NCBI RefSeq assembly: GCF_001194135.2
Contig: NC_068999.1
Coordinates: 22,008,386 to 22,050,187 of the forward strand
DNA: 41,802 nt
Source of the DNA: Octopus bimaculoides
Taxonomy: Eukaryota
Direction: 5' to 3'
Within the stretch, counting starts at the first letter, position 1. Every line of letters begins with the position of its first letter. The notes under the pieces were generated by a model. The model worked only from the letters and a program-made list of their open reading frames with translations. It searched no databases and had not been told where the DNA came from. A program made the translations under genes and the position numbers. Shown here in pieces: positions 36,518 to 41,802 of the stretch.

Positions 36518-37300
36518 TAAAGTTGTCACATATTTGAAGTTGCTCTGCATATGAATATGAAATGCTGCATAATGACTGAATGGAACTTAATCAGTGGGTG
36601 ATAGAACTGGAAGAAGTAGAATTGGAAGAATGTTTTGTACAATATAGTTATGTCCATTAAAGTCACCAGCCATAACAAGATCTTTGTCATTTGTTACAGA
36701 TGTTGTCTGCAAAAAGGCTTTGTAGAAATAGTCTTTTTGTTCATTTATTGTGGTGCATGTGCAGTGGTGCATGTGCAGATTGTGGTGCATGTGCAGAAAT
36801 AACTCTTACTGTCATGTTGACCATGGCTGTTTTTAAACTTAATTATTCTTTTACATACTCTCTGAATATGTCAATTACTTCATCTTTACTTTACTCTCCT
36901 AGCAATATGTCTACTCTACTCATTCAGCACTGTGATTCATTAAAGACCAGTCTTGACATTGCCAATATTAGCTGGGATATATACAAATGTATATATCTAT
37001 GTGTGTGTGTTTGTGGTTGTTTCATACCATGGCTTGATGATCAGTGTTCATTTGTTTACATCCCTGTGGCTTAACAGTTCATTATAAGAGAACGATAGAA
37101 CATCAGGTTTAAAATAAAAAATAAGTACTGGGGTCGATTCATTTGACTAAAACCCTATGAAGTGATGCCCCAGCATGCCTGCAGTCCAATGACTGAAACA
37201 AGTAAAAGATAAAAGATATATATATATAAGATTTATATTTCAGGACACTATGTTCTGTAAGTGTAAACTAACTGGGAAGTAAAGTAAAACATTTTGTTGT

Positions 37301-37703
37301 AGGCTGCATGGTAAGTAGCTCGTTTACCAACCACATGGTTCAGGGTTCAGTCCCACTGCATGGCACCTTGGGCAAGTGTCTTCTACTATAGCCTCGGGCC
37401 GACCAAAGCCTTGTGAGTGGATTTGGTAGACGGAAACTGAAAGAAGCTTGTCGTATATATGTATATGTATATATATGTCTGTCTGTGTGTGTGTTTCTGT
37501 GTCTGTGTTTGTCCCCACAACATCGCTTGACAACCGATGCTGGTGTGTTTATGTCCCCATAACTTAGCGGTTCGGCAAAAGAGACTGATAGAATAAGTAC
37601 TAGGCTTACAAAGAATAAGTCCTGGGGTCGATTTGCTCGACTAAAGGCGGTGCTCCAGCATGGCCGCAGTCAAATGACTGAAACAAGTAAAAGAGTAAAA
37701 GAG
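37301..37703 (+). mobile_element. SINE family 1, youngest copy in the window
   Basis: Most CpGs retained (ctcgggccgacc, agacgg, gcggttcggc, gtcgatttgctcgac, ggcgg); tail aagtaaaagagtaaaagag. A decayed 3' half precedes it at about 36985-37215. Confidence 0.92.
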
Positions 37704-38899
37704 AGTATAGAGTGTGAAAACATGTGGCTGCCAAAAAAAAGGTTTATTGCTGTTGTTGTGCTGCCTTAGTATATGAGATACCTGTCATTGTGGAGTTTTA
37801 AAAAAATATTTTCCACATACTATCAGAAGGTAGAGTTCCCCTCAGTCCTAATAGTACTATAATTCAAGGTAGTTAAACAGTCTATGTTCTCACAAAGCTT
37901 GTGAAGTACAGGTTTGAATTGGAGTACTGTAAGACAGCAATGCGTATAATGAAAAATACATCAGTGCAATATAGTATTGCAATATTTAAAAGAAAAATTA
38001 TACAAAGCTGCAACATGGATGACCCATGTTAGCCATTTAGAAGCACACACAGATTGCTACCTTCACTTAAACATTTATTGTTTGCAATATGATGTCAAAG
38101 ATTTCATTGCTTGATACTGTGACCTGGTGATATGGACACCACCTTCCACACTGCAATCATTTTAGTTTCCAGACACAGTCTCAGATGAACTCATTTGCCT
38201 GGCAAGTGCACCTCTGCAAAATGTACATATAAAATCTTTTATTAATGTGTAGCTAATCAAATCTGGTTTAATTTCTGGTTGTAAATGTTTCCTTTCACGT
38301 ACGTTATTTTAAGCTGCTGAGAAATGCACATATAACACCTAGTTTCATTTCCCTATCACTGTAATCTTCATGCTTTGGACCAATATAAAAAATATTTTGT
38401 GATGATTTAGAAAGGAAAACTAGAATACTATCATTGATAAGCATGTTGGTAGCAGGATATAAATTCAATACTTTTGATAACAGCTGCTATGTTATCTACA
38501 TCCTGTCATTGATGTTAAAGGGTTGAATATTTCTGTATAACAAAACAAAGATCTTGATCCATATGGCCAATAAGAATCAGAGATAATAACCAGTACACTC
38601 TGAAACCAACTTAAGCTCAGTTTACAAAATCATAGATTGATCTATACCATTGTTAGTTCTTGTTTTGAATTTTTTTTTATTGTTTTATTTATTATCATTT
38701 TATATTGCAGTTGTGAACAATAGTACGAGGGTGGAGCGTTTTATGAGTTGAGGGGGTGCTTAGAAGATGAGAGAAATAGGAGGAACAGGTTTCTCGCTGT
38801 GGAGGAGCTATATGACTATTCACATTTAGAAAAGAGGATGAAAATGTTTGGTTGGAGCTGAAAAGAAATAGAATAGTGGTGATGAGGTATTCAGTTAGA

Positions 38900-39882
<983 letters not shown>

Positions 39883-40107
39883 TAAATGGATATAAATTGT
39901 CAGCTGATATTAGAATTTCCTTTGAAGCTAACTTCATTTGTCAAATATTTAGCTAACTAAACTAGGTACTTACAATGTTCATAGGTATACTTCTTTGTAT
40001 TATTTTGAAGAGTTTTAGATATTTAATGTCAATGTAATTAGTTTCACTTAAAATTAGTGTGTGTGTGTGTGTATGTGTTTGTATCTATGCATATATATAT
40101 ATGTATA

Positions 40108-40400
40108 TACTAGTAGAGATACCCGGCATTGCCCGTGTCACATGGAATTGAAGAATTAGACTTTTCTTTTATATTTTCTCTTATGAACTGGAATACCTAT
40201 GATTCGAATTTCATCAAAATTGCAGATGAAGAATTTTAATGAGTGTTCTTTCCCCTCTTTACACACCCTAACAAAAATTCAAATCATGACACATTTATCC
40301 CATACTACTCATCATTATACCCAGATTCCAAAATTCAAATCTTATGGAACCTATTGAAAGGTTTTTACTCCTGAAAAATAGAACTCATGGAGCTCTAAAA
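40108..40400 (+). mobile_element. Possible non-autonomous Helitron/HINE-like 5' end
   Basis: actagtagagatacccggcattgcccg start and gaatttcatcaaaattg motif, reminiscent of invertebrate rolling-circle derivatives; no 3' end found. Confidence 0.3.
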
Positions 40401-41169
40401 TGTGGGAGTTAAGGCTCCTATTTGGGGAAGGGATCTTAAAGTCAGCCAGAGAAGTTGAATTGCTGGGAACCTTTTTAACTTGGGTCTTATATCTTTTGTT
40501 CAAAATTCTTTGAAAGAGGAAATATATGTATGTTCACTGGGTTTGTAAAAGAGAGCAAAGCTACAGGAAACCAAAAGACGAATGATCACAATAAGTAGTC
40601 AGCTACCCTACCCTAGTCATTACCACTCCCCAATGTAGAATTCCTCACCATACAGGTAAGATGCATTACAGATGTATAGCAATTGGAAGGGCATGACCCA
40701 ACTCAAATAAACATTAACAACTGTGTGACGTGAGGCTAAAGGGAAACGAAAGTGTTACCTCTGGAATTTGCCAATGATCACTATGCCAATAGGTTACTGG
40801 ACAGAATAAATTTGCAATCTATAAATGTCTTTGAATAACCAGTCACTTATCTGGGAAGGCCTTGAAATCAATGTTACCATCTGGGGACTATCTCTGACCC
40901 AGTGATAATAAAAAGACTCAAAGGTCTGCAATCAAATAACTTTACTCAACACTTTGCAACTGAATCAATGGAGGCAAAGATACCTCTCATTTACTTGACA
41001 ATTTATGCACCACATTGCAGAAATCACAATCTAAGTATATCTCAATGCAAAGTCTTACACTGTTGAATTACAAATAACGCTCATCTTTTATGCTTGAGTG
41101 ATCCTACAGCTTCCAAGAGTACAACTGTTTTCATCTTTGCTTAGGAAAAATGACTAAATTGTGGGTGTT

Positions 41170-41278
41170 ATGCATGGCGACTGCTGGCCTTCCACAAACA
41201 AGCTTGCCCGGACTTGTGCCTCAGAGGGTAACTTTCTAGGTGCAATCCCATGGTCATTCATGACCAAAGGGAGTCTCC
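41170..41278 (+). mobile_element. SINE family 3, 3' part
   Basis: gcatggcgactgctggccttccac..ctaggtgcaatcccatggtcattcatgacc; inverse of about 4350-4450. Confidence 0.7.
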
Positions 41279-41802
41279 TATTTACATTGCAGAAGTATTT
41301 GTGAAAAGCATGAAATAAACAATCACACTCCTTGTTCCCTTTAAAATCGAAATTGAATTATTGCTGCTTGACTGGTCCCCCCCTCTCTCTCTTTATATAT
41401 ATGTATCTTTCTCTCGCCATGCCTCCGTCTATTCCTCTCACTCTAAATCAGTCTCTCTCTCTCTCTCTCTATCGTAGTTTCCTTAAGGTTTCAGGTTCCG
41501 GGTATATAAATAAGAAATCCCTTCTAAATTGTCTTAAATCTCTTCTCCGCTGACATACTATGACGAAGTCTCCACGATTATGCTGCAGATAAGATAGAGA
41601 TTTTTATTTATTTACTGCCTCAACATTTTCTCATACCTTTTTGCGCTTTAGTCTGTCCTCTATTATTTATCTGTTTCTCTCCATGAAATTCAATTGAACT
41701 CAGTTTTGTCTTAAATTCATACTTATTCATTTTCTAAGCTTAGCCATCTTTCCTTGCTCCTTTAAAAATTACAATTTATGCATTGTTGTCTCTCAAATAT
41801 TT

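Noticed and set aside
40400-41160. Possible decayed LINE ORF
   Set aside because: Only vague coding-like texture; no diagnostic motif I could support.

Overview
AT-rich, microsatellite-rich eukaryotic scaffold segment with two assembly gaps. The repeat families (several tRNA-derived SINEs, RTE LINEs, mariner/hAT/piggyBac MITEs) look like octopus (coleoid cephalopod) DNA; this is recognised from memory, not from a database search. The main host feature, nearly invisible to the ORF track, is the 5' part of a + strand multi-exon gene. Eleven GT-AG coding exons (19793-39847) join with consistent phases into about 469 open codons resembling SHOC1/Zip2, a meiotic ZMM crossover factor; its C-terminal XPF-like domain would lie beyond the window. 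Most of the rest is nested transposon debris: a fossil hAT transposase split by a SINE, two mariners, a Merlin-like insert inside one mariner, a HERO/NeSL-type RLE LINE, an RT-deleted RTE element and MITEs with target-site duplications. The most unusual items are a U6 snRNA/RTE-LINE chimeric retrocopy (27129-27400), a frame-preserving cryptic exon with a single UAG, and a minisatellite cassette flanked by 33-bp direct repeats. Three weak candidate exons of an unidentified upstream gene lie at 3.4-5.8 kb. Repeat boundaries are approximate unless a TIR or TSD is quoted; exon boundaries were read base by base.
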